A DNA stretch of 34,040 bases from Octopus sinensis. Taxonomy: Eukaryota. This document shows positions 11,854 through 24,242 of the stretch, piece after piece; positions within the stretch are counted from its first letter, which is position 1; every line of letters starts with the position of its first letter. The position numbers and the translations under genes are program-made. The notes under the pieces are model-generated. The model searched no databases. It worked only from the letters and a program-made list of their open reading frames with translations, and was not told where the DNA came from. The stretch is taken from the NCBI RefSeq assembly GCF_006345805.1, contig NW_021832052.1:1-34040 (forward strand). The letters run 5' to 3'.

Positions 11854-11952
11854 TGTATAAATGGTTTGTCTAACTCTTTAAGAATGGGATCGCGTGCGAT
11901 TCCCTATGGTTAATATAGGGCGTTACGATTATCAAATCAAAAAAAAAAATGT

Positions 11953-12338
11953 GTGTAATAGGTGTAAAACAACTTCCTATGAACGAATATGACAAAAAAA
12001 TTCGCGCACGCGAAAGGGGGTGGGGGAGAGGCCTCGGAAATTCACATCGGGAAGTTCCGAAAGCGTCTGAGGAGCTGACCCGGCACCAAAACAAAAAAAA
12101 AAATAGTGTAATATGTGTAAAACAACTTGCTCTAAACGAATATGACAAAAAAAAATGCGCTCTCGCGAAAGAGGGGTGGGGGAGAGGCCTCGGAAAATTT
12201 ATATCGGGAATTTCCGAAAGCGTCTGAACCGGGCACAAAAACAAAAACAAAAACAGCGTAATAGGTGTAAAACAATTGCTCTAAACGACTATCATGAAAA
12301 AAATGCGCGCTCGCGAAAGGGGGGTGGGGGAGAGGCCA
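11953..12338 (+). repeat. GC-rich tandem repeat, 2.6 units of ~150 bp, inside an unclassified element (~11870-12390)
   Basis: Units start at 11953, 12106 and 12256 (GTGTAATAGGTGTAAAACAA); each has GCGAAAG(G)nTGGGGGAGAGGCC. Confidence 0.9.
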
Positions 12339-12501
12339 CATATGATACGACCACATGTGATCCCGTTTTACTTTAAAGAAAGGAGTTTGTGAGAATTTTG
12401 GATAATTCGTTATAAGTGTTTTCATCTCATTCATTGGAACTTGTCAGATTTGAGTTTTACAGGAAACTTTGTCTTTTGTTGAAATCTGTTTTGCTTTGTT
12501 A

Positions 12502-12536
<35 letters not shown>

Positions 12537-12555
12537 AGAAAAAGAGGAAAGATGG

Positions 12556-13178
12556 GATGAGAGAAGGTAAGAGAGACAGAAGAGAAAAGAGAAAAAAAGG
12601 GATAAAGAAAGGAAGAAGGGAGATAAGAGACAAGCGATCTTTTTTCTTGTGTTGTTAGTTTTTTTCTGTAAGATGGATTTCATTTTAATATTTCGGGATG
12701 GTTTTGCAGTTTGTAGTTTTTCCCAAGGGGCCAATTTCCAGATGCCAGTTTTATGATTTTAAAAGAAGGTGTGGAGGAATAAAGGGCCAAACCACCAATG
12801 GAGAGTGCTTTGCCAACTTCCTGAGGCAGTTGTGGAATGCTCTCAAGACCAAACGCCAAGGAAAACTGAAGAATGGGGAATTGTTTCATCAAGACAATGC
12901 TCCAGCACACAAGTCCTTCGTTTCAATGGTTGCCGTGTGTGACTGTGGCTTTGAACAGGTTAATCGCCCTCCCTATTCTCCGGATTTAGCCCCATCTGAT
13001 CCCCAACATGAAGTAGCATTTGGCTGGGAACTAGTATCGCAGTGATGATGATTCTTCAGCAAACGGAGCCAAGCACTGCAACACCAAAGGGATGAGAGAA
13101 AGAAAAGAGAAAAAAAAGGGATAAAGAAAGGAAGAAGGGAGACAGAGAGAAAAGTGATCTTTGTTCTTGTTTTGTTTA
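12556..13178 (+). repeat. Purine-rich ~100 bp direct repeats (12556-12659 and 13089-13178)
   Basis: Shared GGGATGAGAGAA..AAGAGAAAAAAAGGGATAAAGAAAGGAAGAAGGGAGA..GATCTTT.TTCTTGT..TGTT.AG. Confidence 0.8.
12760..13075 (+). mobile_element. mariner transposase internal fragment
   Basis: HQDNAPAH (D at 12893) and PPYSPDLAPSD (D at 12998) with exact D34D spacing; no TIRs seen. Confidence 0.9.
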
Positions 13179-13829
13179 GAAGAAATTTCGGGACTTCAAG
13201 GGGGGACTATATCGGAAAATAAACCCCATTTGGTCACCTTGCGTGAGAGAATCTTGGTCAGCCTATGGACCTTTCAGCCGACCCCCATAAAAGGCATTCC
13301 ATAAAAATACTTTTTTCATATATGGTTTCATATAATGCTGGAAATAACAGCTAAGTCGTCACAAATTTGTGTTGTTCTTCCCCTTATGCAATATTTAGAT
13401 GGCGAACACACATAATCTCTCTCTCCTCTTCTCCCTCCGACTTTACTCACAACTCTCTTGCTTTTCTCACTCTCTTATCATTAGCTCTCTCTTTTACTAA
13501 ACATTTTTCTTTCATTTTATGTCCCTCCCCCTCTCGCTACCCCTCTCTCGCATATTTTTCTTTCCCTCTCTTCTTCCCTCCCACCACGAATGTTACACAC
13601 ACACACACACACACACAAAGCAGCTCCTACCGCCCAGTCAAAAATCTCGTAGTTCCAAGGGAGGCTACAACTATCTTCGAAAGGTATAGAGTTATCTCCC
13701 TTAAAACAGTTATAAATTTGGATTCGAAAGAAAATTTATTAATTTTGTAGTTCATAATTCATATAATTAAATACTGTGGGTATTGAACAAGAATTTAAGA
13801 AAGATTTACGGAAAGAAATTCACGACATG

Positions 13830-14300
13830 TGATTTTGCGTCACGCTAGGAATAACAGTCAACTACCCTAAAATTTGCGTTAATTTTTATATAAATTGAAA
13901 GGACACCTTAAGAATTTGTGCCATATATGGTCATTCTTCATGCTAGACTACATTAAGCAAGAGCCTTCAAATTGGTTTCGATTTCTCGTATGCAAATAGG
14001 ACACTTAACCATTTCTAAAATATAATGAACAATATATGGTCCCACATATGCGAGAAATAGCAACCACATGGCTTAAATCTGTGATGTGATGTGTATAAAA
14101 ATTGAAGGACACTTGAAGACGAAGCATCTGTAAGAATATTGTACTACAGGTGGGGTCTCACATCATGGTAGACATAACAAACAAGAACCTTTCAATTTCC
14201 GTGTAGTGTTTATGTGTATAAATATGAAGGACACTTTTAGAATTAATTATAAAATATTATCCTATAAGTAGACTCACATCATGCTAGAAACAACAACTAA
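13830..14300 (+). repeat. Degenerate ~100-120 bp tandem array
   Basis: GGACAC(C/T)T at 13901, 13999, 14107 and 14229, usually preceded by TATAAA.TGAA and followed by a CATGCTAGA-like motif. Confidence 0.65.
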
Positions 14301-14519
14301 ATACCAACAGAATTGCATTGTTTCTCATATGAAACAAACTGTCTTTCCGTCTCTTAACAAACATGTTATTCCGGGGCTTCTGTTGTTTATTCCTATCCTA
14401 AATGTTGAGGGCCGGGAAACAAGGACGCGTGTACCCTCCATCGGTTCTTACCTATCTATGCTAGAAACAGTAGCCAAGTGCCTTGAAGTCTAGTAAAAAG
14501 GCTGAGAAAAAAAATAATC

Positions 14520-14800
14520 CTTAACTGGTCAGGCGGATTGGCGAACACTTACATTAGCTCCATCATATATTACTGCCTGACCGTTGTGCCTCGCCTCATT
14601 TCAAGTCTAACCGACCTGGAGCGCTTGCCATTCCGCTCTCTATGCGACGGATGCATTCCACTGGCCAAGCGCTGCATTTGCAGTCAACACCTGCTCAACG
14701 AACGACTGGACATGCTGTAGCTGATTACACGCAGGTATGCACTGAGGCTGCGACCTCTCTCCATCGATTCCTTGACGGTGAACATGTGTGGTCGCTGTTA
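14520..14800 (+). mobile_element. Tx1/L1-type LINE fragment (post-RT region)
   Basis: NTYISSIIYYCLTVVP..LTDLERLPFRSLCDGCIPL..CICSQH..ERLDML resembles the Tx1/L1 post-RT block; stops present. Confidence 0.55.
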
Positions 14801-14966
14801 CACCCCAGTTTCTCTCAATCGGAGGCCGAAACAGCTGGAATATGGTCGAGCCCTGGTGATCCTCTACCAGTGGGATAATGTAGCTGTTGGAATTTCCATA
14901 TTGGATTTTGACAGAGGATTTGTGGCGAGCAAATGGGATTTGATTCTCCGGGAAAAGGAGGACATC

Positions 14967-15185
14967 GTCGGCGAGTTAGCAGAATCAATAGCATGCCATG
15001 TAAACTGCATAGCAACATGTAGTGAATCTCTACGTTCTGAGTTCAAATCCCGCCGAGGTCAACTTTGCATTTTGCTCCTTTCTGGATCGACGAAATAGTA
15101 ACCAGTCAAGTACTGGGGTCGATGATACCAACTAGACCCCTAGACCAAAATTTCAGGCCTTGTACATATGCTAGAAATCATTATT
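14967..15185 (+). mobile_element. SINE family A
   Basis: GGCGAGTTAGCAGAATC head, B-box GTTCAAATCCC at 15041, same body as 6938. Confidence 0.8.
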
Positions 15186-15474
15186 ATTGTTCCGTTTTGC
15201 TCTATCTGATAACTGAATAAATATATGAGGTAAAGGGGAACATCTCTAAACTGAGCGAAAATGAGAGAGAGAGAGAGAGGTGAGAGAGAAAGAGAGAGAA
15301 GTGGCACTAATTGCAACTCAGACACTGAAAGATTCCAAGTGAGAAGTTGACAGAGATTCGCTCGGATATATCTGAATAATCCGTTTAAATCATAGATTTC
15401 TTTATGTGAACTTATTAACGCTACAGTAATTCTATCCAAGTCAAAACCCATAAAAAGTTTAAAAAGTGAAAAAA

Positions 15475-15600
15475 GGGTCAATTTTGCCTTTCATCCTTTG
15501 GGGGTCGATAAATAAAGTACCAGTGAAACACTGGGGATCAGTATAATCAATTAATCCCCTCCACCAAAATTTCAAGCTTTGGGCAAACAGTGGAAAGGGT
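15475..15600 (+). mobile_element. SINE family A, 3' portion
   Basis: GCCTTTCATCCTTTGGGGGTCGATAAAT..CTGGGG matches the family body. Confidence 0.7.
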
Positions 15601-16186
15601 TGTTACACAGCGAAAAGGGATTGCTTCGATGATGATATCTTTGAAGAAACGTAAATATCGGAAGAGTTTATATTCCAATTAACGAAGAGGATGGAGGGAG
15701 CAACTGGTTTCTCTTGCATAATTGCACAACGGTTTCACAAACACTTTATCAGTATTTTGGGGGTTTTTTGTATACATATCTGCATGCATGTATATGTATG
15801 TGTGCATGCACGTGTGTGTGTGTGTATATATAGATATATATATATATATATATATAAATAAAACTTACTTGGAGAAGAGAAACGACGCGTGCATTCGGTC
15901 ATATAATAACAATAGAATAAATAATTAAAATATATGCATATATACATACATATATGTACGTACTTACATCTACATGTATATATACGAGCATATATAGATA
16001 TATATATATGAGTACAGGACACCACAAATAAACGTAGAACACAACGAGAAACGAAAACATAAAATCAAATAAGGAAACAGACTTTTTTTAACAACGAAAA
16101 AACAGAGTACAGGACAAACAATACAAGGAAAATTCCACTTCATCAGCTGCCCCTGGTTCGACTCAATGCCTGTTTCAAAGGTAATA

Positions 16187-16241
<55 letters not shown>

Positions 16242-16251
16242 ATATATATAT

Positions 16252-16294
<43 letters not shown>

Positions 16295-16330
16295 ACATAT
16301 ATACATATATATATATATACATATATATAT

Positions 16331-16406
<76 letters not shown>

Positions 16407-16419
16407 ATAATATATATAT

Positions 16420-16480
<61 letters not shown>

Positions 16481-16483
<3 letters not shown>

Positions 16484-16677
16484 GGGTCCCCAACCCGTCC
16501 TTGCCGACCGCTGAGGGGTCGTCAAACCTTAAGAGCAGGGTCACGTAGCCTCGCTGGAAGTGGCTTGGGATAGTATTAATTAATTAAAATGTAAATCAAG
16601 CTGTTGATAGTCGGGGGTCGCATGGGCTTCAGCTTTTGGCTAAGGGGTCGCAAGTGCAGAAGCATTGGGAACTACTG
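16481..16677. mobile_element. hAT (Charlie-like) MITE
   Basis: TIR CAGGGGTCCCCAA vs reverse complement CAGTAGTTCCCAA (10/13); 8-bp TSD ATATATAT/ATATACAT. Confidence 0.75.
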
Positions 16678-16828
16678 ATATACATACCACACACACACAC
16701 ACACACATACACACACACACATATATATATAATGTATATGTATGTATATGTATATATACGAGCTGGCAGAAGCGTTTGCATGCCGGCCAAAATGTTTAAT
16801 GGTATTTCGTGTGTCTTTTCACTTTATA

Positions 16829-16990
16829 GGCGCAAGAGTGGCTGTGTGGTAAGTAGCTTCCTTACCAACCACATGGTTCCGGGTTCAGTCCCACTGCGTG
16901 GCACCTTGGGCAAGTGTCTTCTACTATAGCCTCAGGCTGACAAAAGGCTTGTGAATCAATTTTGTAGACGGAAACTGAAAGAAACCCGTC
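16829..16990 (+). mobile_element. tRNA-derived SINE family B, 5' half
   Basis: A-box-like TGGCTGTGTGG, B-box-like GGTTCAGTCCC, then GGCACCTTGGGCAAGTGTCTTCTACTATAGCC; preceded by a family A head fragment (~16760-16810). Confidence 0.85.
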
Positions 16991-17066
16991 ATATATATGC
17001 GTGTATATATATATATTTACACACATATATATATATACATACATATATATATATATATGTATATGG

Positions 17067-17113
<47 letters not shown>

Positions 17114-17220
17114 CATATATATAGATATATATATATATATATATATACATACACAGATATATATATACATACATACATAGATACATATATACATACATAC
17201 ATATATATGTATATATATTA

Positions 17221-17270
<50 letters not shown>

Positions 17271-17581
17271 AGGGGTTTTCTTCAATTTTCTTCTAACAAA
17301 AGGATCACAATTTTCTGATCAGCCAAAGGCATAATATCAATGAATGTATGTGAGTGTGTGTGTGTGTGTGCATGTATGCATATGTGTATGTGTGTATATG
17401 TATGCGTATGTGTGTGTGTGTGAGAATATATCAATATATACACACACTTCCTTACATATATACACCCATACATGCACACATGTATATCTATATATACACA
17501 CACATATATATGTATTTATCCATATGTATGTTTATACATGGATACACACACACACACACAAACACCTGTTTGTATATTCTT

Positions 17582-17759
17582 TACTCTTTTACTTGTTTCA
17601 ATCATTTGACTATGGCCACGCTGGAGCACCACCTATAGTCGAGCAAATCGACACCAGGACTTTTTTCTTTGTAAGCCTAGTACTTATTTTATCGGTCTCT
17701 TTTGCCGAACCGCTAAGTTACATAAACACACCAGCATCGGTTGTCAAGCGATGTTGGGG

Positions 17760-17792
<33 letters not shown>

Positions 17793-17963
17793 CATATATA
17801 CACTGGGCTTCTTTCAGTTTCCGTATACCAAATCCACTCACAATGCTTTGGTCGGCCTGAGGCTATAGTAGAAAACACTTGCCCAAGGTGCCACGCAATG
17901 GGACTGAACCCGGAACCATGTGGCTGGTAAACAAACTACTTACCACACAGCCACTCCTACACC
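17582..17963 (-). mobile_element. SINE family B, full length
   Basis: Reverse complement of 23329-23710, including the internal microsatellite and 3' GCTCCAGC.TGGCC tail. Confidence 0.9.
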
Positions 17964-17979
17964 TATGTATAATTTTATT

Positions 17980-18185
17980 CTATTACTTGTTTCAATCTTC
18001 TGAATTTGGCCACGCTGGAGCACTGCCTTAAAGGTTCAGAGAAATCGACCCCAGGATATATTCTTTGTAAGCCAAGGACTTGTTCTATCGGTTTCTCTTG
18101 GTGAACTGCTAAGTGTGGGGATGTAAATACACCAACATCGGTTGTCAACCGTTTGTGGGGGGATGGGAGGGCAAACAGTGACACA
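17980..18185 (-). mobile_element. SINE family B, 3' half
   Basis: Matches 17582-17760. Confidence 0.8.
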
Positions 18186-18196
18186 CACATATATAA

Positions 18197-18236
<40 letters not shown>

Positions 18237-18479
18237 GTATATATTTATATATATGTATATATATATATTGGTTTGTTTTGTTCTCTTTATTATCATCTTA
18301 TAATCATCTCATAATAATGACCTTTATGACTCGTATTACTACCTCAGTCAATCTAAATGTGTATATTTGTCGCTACCTGTCATAAATAGTCTTTTTCTAT
18401 TTGCAATATGCATTTTCGTCGATTTTTCATATTTTACCCTTACATTTCCACGTGTATTTAATATTTTCTTTTCGTAACA

Positions 18480-19680
<1,201 letters not shown>

Positions 19681-19985
19681 TAAGTTATTTGCATTATATA
19701 TATATTAAAAAAAGTGAAGAATGAAACATATACACAATTCAGGATGTTTGTCTTGTTGGAAGAATGAATGTATGTAGGCGGGTGTATATAAATGGGTGTA
19801 TGAGTGTCTATGTTTAGAAATCCCAAAACTCAAATAGGTATGACGAATGCGAAGTAAAAAATTTTAATTGTTGTTAATTACACTTGGATAAGCATTCTCA
19901 TAAAACACTTTCTTAGAAAGCTTTTGTTGGATTCTCAACCAAATAACGTGGGAAAAGTTTAACTTGAGAAGTATTACTGTGCATG

Positions 19986-20034
<49 letters not shown>

Positions 20035-20204
20035 GGGTGTGTGTGTGTATATGTATGTATATGCATATATATATTTACTGTAACTGTGTGTGTATGTATT
20101 TATGTGTATATATATATGTTTAATTATATATGTATATATAAGGGTGTATACTTGTGTATATTTATACCCCTGTACATGTGTGTTTGTGTCTGTGTGTCTG
20201 TGTG

Positions 20205-20460
20205 AGTGTGTGGATGCACATTTTTAGTGTGTTGCACTCATGATACTAAGATTAAGGTTTCAATTCCTGGATTGGCTGATAGATAGTTTTCTTGAGCAAC
20301 ACTCTTCATTCCACTTCCCCCAATTTATTCGGCTAGTAAAAACAAGGAATCCAACGATGGCCCACCTTCCTCTTCATTGGGGGAAATATATACATGACAG
20401 AATAAGGGAAACCGGCCTTATGAGTCGATAATTTGTGCTGTGTGAGTCAATGACTCAGGA
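20205..20460 (+). mobile_element. Diverged tRNA-derived SINE family C
   Basis: TGTTGCACTCATGAT..GTTTCAATTCCTGG..TTCTTGAGCAA matches the reverse complement of the SINE head at 28890-29014; paralogous copy at ~25385-25575. Confidence 0.65.
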
Positions 20461-20589
20461 AAGTTTTGATACAGTTTCATAATACACACACGCACAGACA
20501 TATAATTCTTTTACATGTTTCTTTACACATGTAGCTGTGGTCATGCTGGAGCACCACCATGGTCTTGCAGCTTTACTCGGTCGTTTGCC

Positions 20590-20710
20590 CCAGCTGTAAT
20601 CTTGAGATGTCATCTTTGATTTTTTTATTGCCTCTGATAATTTTGTATCGTCAGCATAGCTGGTAACTATGGCTGTCTGAGGGGCCACTGGCATGTCTAA
20701 GAGGGCTACA
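20590..20710 (-). mobile_element. LINE RT fragment (CR1/Jockey group)
   Basis: VALLDMP..TAIVTSYADDTKLS contains the YADD motif. Confidence 0.7.
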
Positions 20711-20741
20711 AATACATACATACATAGAGACATATATGTAT

Positions 20742-21000
20742 CATCATCATCGTCGTCGTCTTTAACGTCTGCTTCCATGCTGGCATGAATTGGACGGTTT
20801 GACTGAGGGCTGGCAAACCAGAAGGCTGCACCAGGCCCCAATCTCATCTGGCAAAGTTTCTGCAGTTGGATACCATTCCTAATGCCAACCACTCTGAGAG
20901 TGAAGTCGGTGCTTTTTATGTGCCACAGGCATCAGGGCCACTGAGGCAGTGCTGGCATCAAGCATGCTTGAATGATGCATTTTACGTGCCACCGTCACAT
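20742..21000 (-). mobile_element. SINE-like family D with RTE-type (GAT)n tail
   Basis: Ends CATGCCAGCATGGAAGCAGACGTTAAAGACGACGACGATGATG; same tail alone at 21150-21192 (+); body related to 26640-26712. Confidence 0.65.
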
Positions 21001-21200
21001 ACGTATGTAGTATGCATTAATGTATGTTTTTTGTATGTGTATATATATATATATATATGTGTGTATATATATATCTGTAAACGTAATATGTGACGACAAT
21101 TATTTGGTATATATTCAATATATATATGTATGTATGTACTATACATATATAACCCGTGGTAGCACGGAAAACGGACGTTAAACGATGATGATATTGATAT

Positions 21201-21251
<51 letters not shown>

Positions 21252-21334
21252 GAGGATAATATCGATATTTAAGTATCCATATTATCAAGTGGCCAGCATG
21301 GGAAAAATACCTTACAAAGGTAATAATTTCTAAC

Positions 21335-21975
21335 AATTAAAAATGAGGGTGTCTAAGAGACACCAACATGCTGAAATAGCAGTCGAAACTCTGACTATAA
21401 AAACCACGTTAAAGTGTTCGTATCGCACCATGAGATAAGACAGAGGGACAAAATATACAAGCAAAAATTATTGAATAATTCAAGATCCAGGATTTCTGGT
21501 TTTGCTTTAAATAAGCTTTACCGTCATCGGTTGAATATATCAAGAGTACATAAATACAGATATATATATGCAGAACAAACGATATACTTACATACACGAA
21601 CGCCCATACATAAATACATATGCACGTATGCACGCGGCCAGTATCGTACTTATGGGATGATTCGGCGGGTAATTTAACTGGCCGCGTGCATACGTGCATA
21701 TGTATTTATGTATGGGCGTTCGTGTATGTAAGTATATCGTTTGTTCTGCATATATATATCTGTATTTATGTACTCTTGATATATTCAACCGATGACGGTA
21801 AAGCTTATTTAAAGCAAAACCAGAAATCCTGGATCTTGAATTATTCAATAATTTTTGCTTGTATATTTTGTCCCTCTGTCTTATCTCATGGTGCGATATG
21901 AACACTTAACGTGGTTTTTATAGTCAGAGTTTCGACTGCTATTTCGGCATGTTGGTGTCTCTTAGACACCCTCAT

Positions 21976-21983
<8 letters not shown>
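21335..21983. repeat. Near-perfect 308-bp inverted repeat with 34-bp spacer
   Basis: Arms 21335-21642 and 21677-21983; I count 2 substitutions and one 1-bp indel. Confidence 0.97.
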
Positions 21984-22024
<41 letters not shown>

Positions 22025-22029
22025 TGTAA

Positions 22030-22073
<44 letters not shown>

Positions 22074-22106
22074 AATATCAAAACACACACATATGTATTA
22101 TATATA

Positions 22107-22466
22107 TTTTATTTCTGTAGTTTCAGCTCAGAGCTGTGGCCATGCTGGAGCGACTGCCGTTTTGCTACACTGTTATTACTGAGTGCCTCCTTCAATATGT
22201 GGCACTTGGTAAAGAATGGAGTTTGATGTAGCCACCCTTATTTACACCTCTTGACGTGAGGGAGGTTCATCTGAGACTCTCGACAGGAAGAGGTCCAGCT
22301 TTGATTTAAAATCTCCTACATTTACTTTGTGCAAGTTCTTCAGGTTCTTTAGGAGAATATTAAAAAGCTGTGGGCCCCTGAATCCCGAAGTGCGATAGCA
22401 TTGCTGGGATCTTGGCACTATGCAGTGTCGTCCCGTTCTGGCATTGGTGTAGCTTTCAATGCCAAA
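22107..22466 (-). mobile_element. LINE 3' end (CR1/Jockey group) with SINE-B-like tail
   Basis: [48 protein letters not shown], then GCTCCAGCATGGCCACAGCTCTGAGCTGAAAC and an A-rich tail. Confidence 0.75.
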
Positions 22467-22712
22467 ATTTATATATATGTATATATATATGTGTGTGTGT
22501 GTATTATTTATTTATATATATATATATATATAAATACACACACACACACACGTATTATGTATATTTATACATATATATTTATATGTATTATTTATTTATA
22601 TATATACACACACACATATGTATGTATGTATATATATGTGTGTATATATATATTTCGTTTTTGGATTTGGTTTGCAAGATTCTTTATGTGAGTTCTTGTG
22701 TTGAAGCATATT

Positions 22713-22956
22713 CTGTTGTGTCTGGGGAGAGTCATTCACTTTTAGTGCCTTATTATTTAACACACTCACAGGTAAAATTTCCACTTATTTCTTATTTTTA
22801 TTTTCCAAAATTTTCGTTGCGTCAAGACTATTGAAAAGGTTGCAAGACGCAACGAAAATTTTAGAAAATAAAAATAAGAAATAAGTGGAAATTTTACCAG
22901 TGAGTGTGTTAAATAATAAGGCACTAAAAGTGAATGACTTTCCCCAGACACAACAG
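22713..22956. repeat. 111-bp inverted repeat with 22-bp spacer
   Basis: Arms 22713-22823 and 22846-22956, 108/111 identical. Confidence 0.97.
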
Positions 22957-23120
22957 TATATATATATGTATATATATATATGTATACGTATATATATATA
23001 TGTATATGTATATATATATATGTATATGTATATACATGTATATGTATATGTATGTATATGTATATATATATATATATGTATATGTATGTATATGTATATG
23101 TATGTATATGTATATATATG

Positions 23121-23160
<40 letters not shown>

Positions 23161-23328
23161 TGTATTTGATGAGTAGAGTGAGTGAAAGTATAGCATGAAC
23201 ATTTCATCACTGTAAAGGAATTGTTTCTGCAGACCTTTGGGCAAAAGATGGATGCTCGTATGTTGTTTTCAATTGGAGTGTCTATCACACATACATATGC
23301 ATATATACACACACACATATATATATAT

Positions 23329-23710
23329 GTAGAAGTGGCTGTTTGGTCAGTAGATTGCTTACCAACCACATGGTTCTGTGTTCAGTCCCACTGCATGGCA
23401 CCTTGGGCAAGTGTCTTCTACTATAGCCTCGGGATGACCAAAGCCTTGTGAGTGAATTTGGTAGACGGAAACTGGAAGAAGCCCGTCGTATATATGTATA
23501 TATATGTATGTGTGTATATGTTTGTCCCCCCACCATTGCTTGACAACCAATGCTGGTGTGTTTATGTCCCCGTAACTTAGCGGTTCAGCAAAAGAGACTG
23601 ATAGAATAAGTACTAGGCTTACAAAGAATAAGTCCTGGGGTCGATTTACTCTACTTGAAGGTGGTGCTCCAGCATGGCCGCAGTCAAAAGACTGAAACAA
23701 GTAAACGAGA
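23329..23710 (+). mobile_element. SINE family B, full length
   Basis: Head, CCTTGGGCAAG core, internal (TA/GT)n, 3' GGTGCTCCAGCATGGCCGCAGTCAAAAGACTGAAACAAG. Confidence 0.9.
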
Positions 23711-23799
23711 GAAAAAGAGAGAAAAGATATATATATACACACGTATATTAACAAATGTGTGAACATAACCATGTAAATATATTTACTTGTATGTGTATG

Positions 23800-24015
23800 T
23801 TGATCTTTTACTGGATCCTGCAGTCATTAAACTACGGCCAAGCTGGGGCACCACCTTGGGGTATTCTTTGCCATTCAAATGGACTGACTCTGCACATATT
23901 TCATTTCTTTGTCTGGAACTTATTCTATTGGTACCTTTTGCTGAACTGCTTAGGTACAAGGACAGAGACACACCAAAACACACACAGACGTGAAGACACA
24001 CACACACACACACAC

Positions 24016-24070
<55 letters not shown>

Positions 24071-24212
24071 CAATGGTCTTCTATCAGTTTCCATCTACCA
24101 AATCTAATCACAAAGCCTTGGTTGGCCTGAGGTTAGAGTAGCAGTCACTTGCCCAAGGTGCCATGTAGTGGGACTGAACCCTGAACCATGTGCTTGGGAA
24201 GTAAACTTATTA
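23800..24212 (-). mobile_element. SINE family B, diverged
   Basis: CACTTGCCCAAGGTGCC..GGGACTGAACC; inverted relative to 23329. Confidence 0.8.
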
Positions 24213-24242
24213 TGGAAATAAAAGCTATGTGTGTGTGTGTGT

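Noticed and set aside
13830-14300. CRISPR-like repeat/spacer appearance
   Set aside because: Anchors are only ~8 bp and degenerate, spacers are related to each other, the context is eukaryotic, and no cas genes are present.
14815-15018. GSPGLDHIPA resembling the LINE SPGxDGIP motif on the minus strand
   Set aside because: Isolated match with no neighbouring RT motifs in frame.
15611-15655. Short KRDCFDDDIFEET peptide between AG and GT
   Set aside because: Weak acceptor, no homology recognised.
16135-16185. Minus-strand GAAAC..GTC..CTGATGA, a permuted hammerhead-like arrangement
   Set aside because: Core bases are present but stem I cannot pair and stem II has a mismatch, so it is not supportable from this copy.
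20250-20400. Apparently conserved peptide (GRWAIVGFLVF vs GRWAIAGLLIF) and GTAAGT donor in the duplicated block, minus strand
   Set aside because: The block is a diverged SINE C copy; one copy has an in-frame stop and the other lacks the GT donor.
20443-20457. Double AP-1 site TGAGTCA-A-TGACTCA
   Set aside because: It lies at the 3' end of a SINE C copy and is more simply a terminal hairpin; no other regulatory context.
21340-21390. TGAG-GGTGTCT-AAG-AGACACC..GAAA..GTC as a hammerhead in the large palindrome
   Set aside because: It lacks the CTGA start of the core and has an unpaired insert before GAAA.
23233-23257. Possible 25-nt microexon (TTGTTTCTGCAG|...|GTATGT)
   Set aside because: Length is not a multiple of 3, the peptide is unrecognisable, and such site pairs are common by chance in 34 kb.
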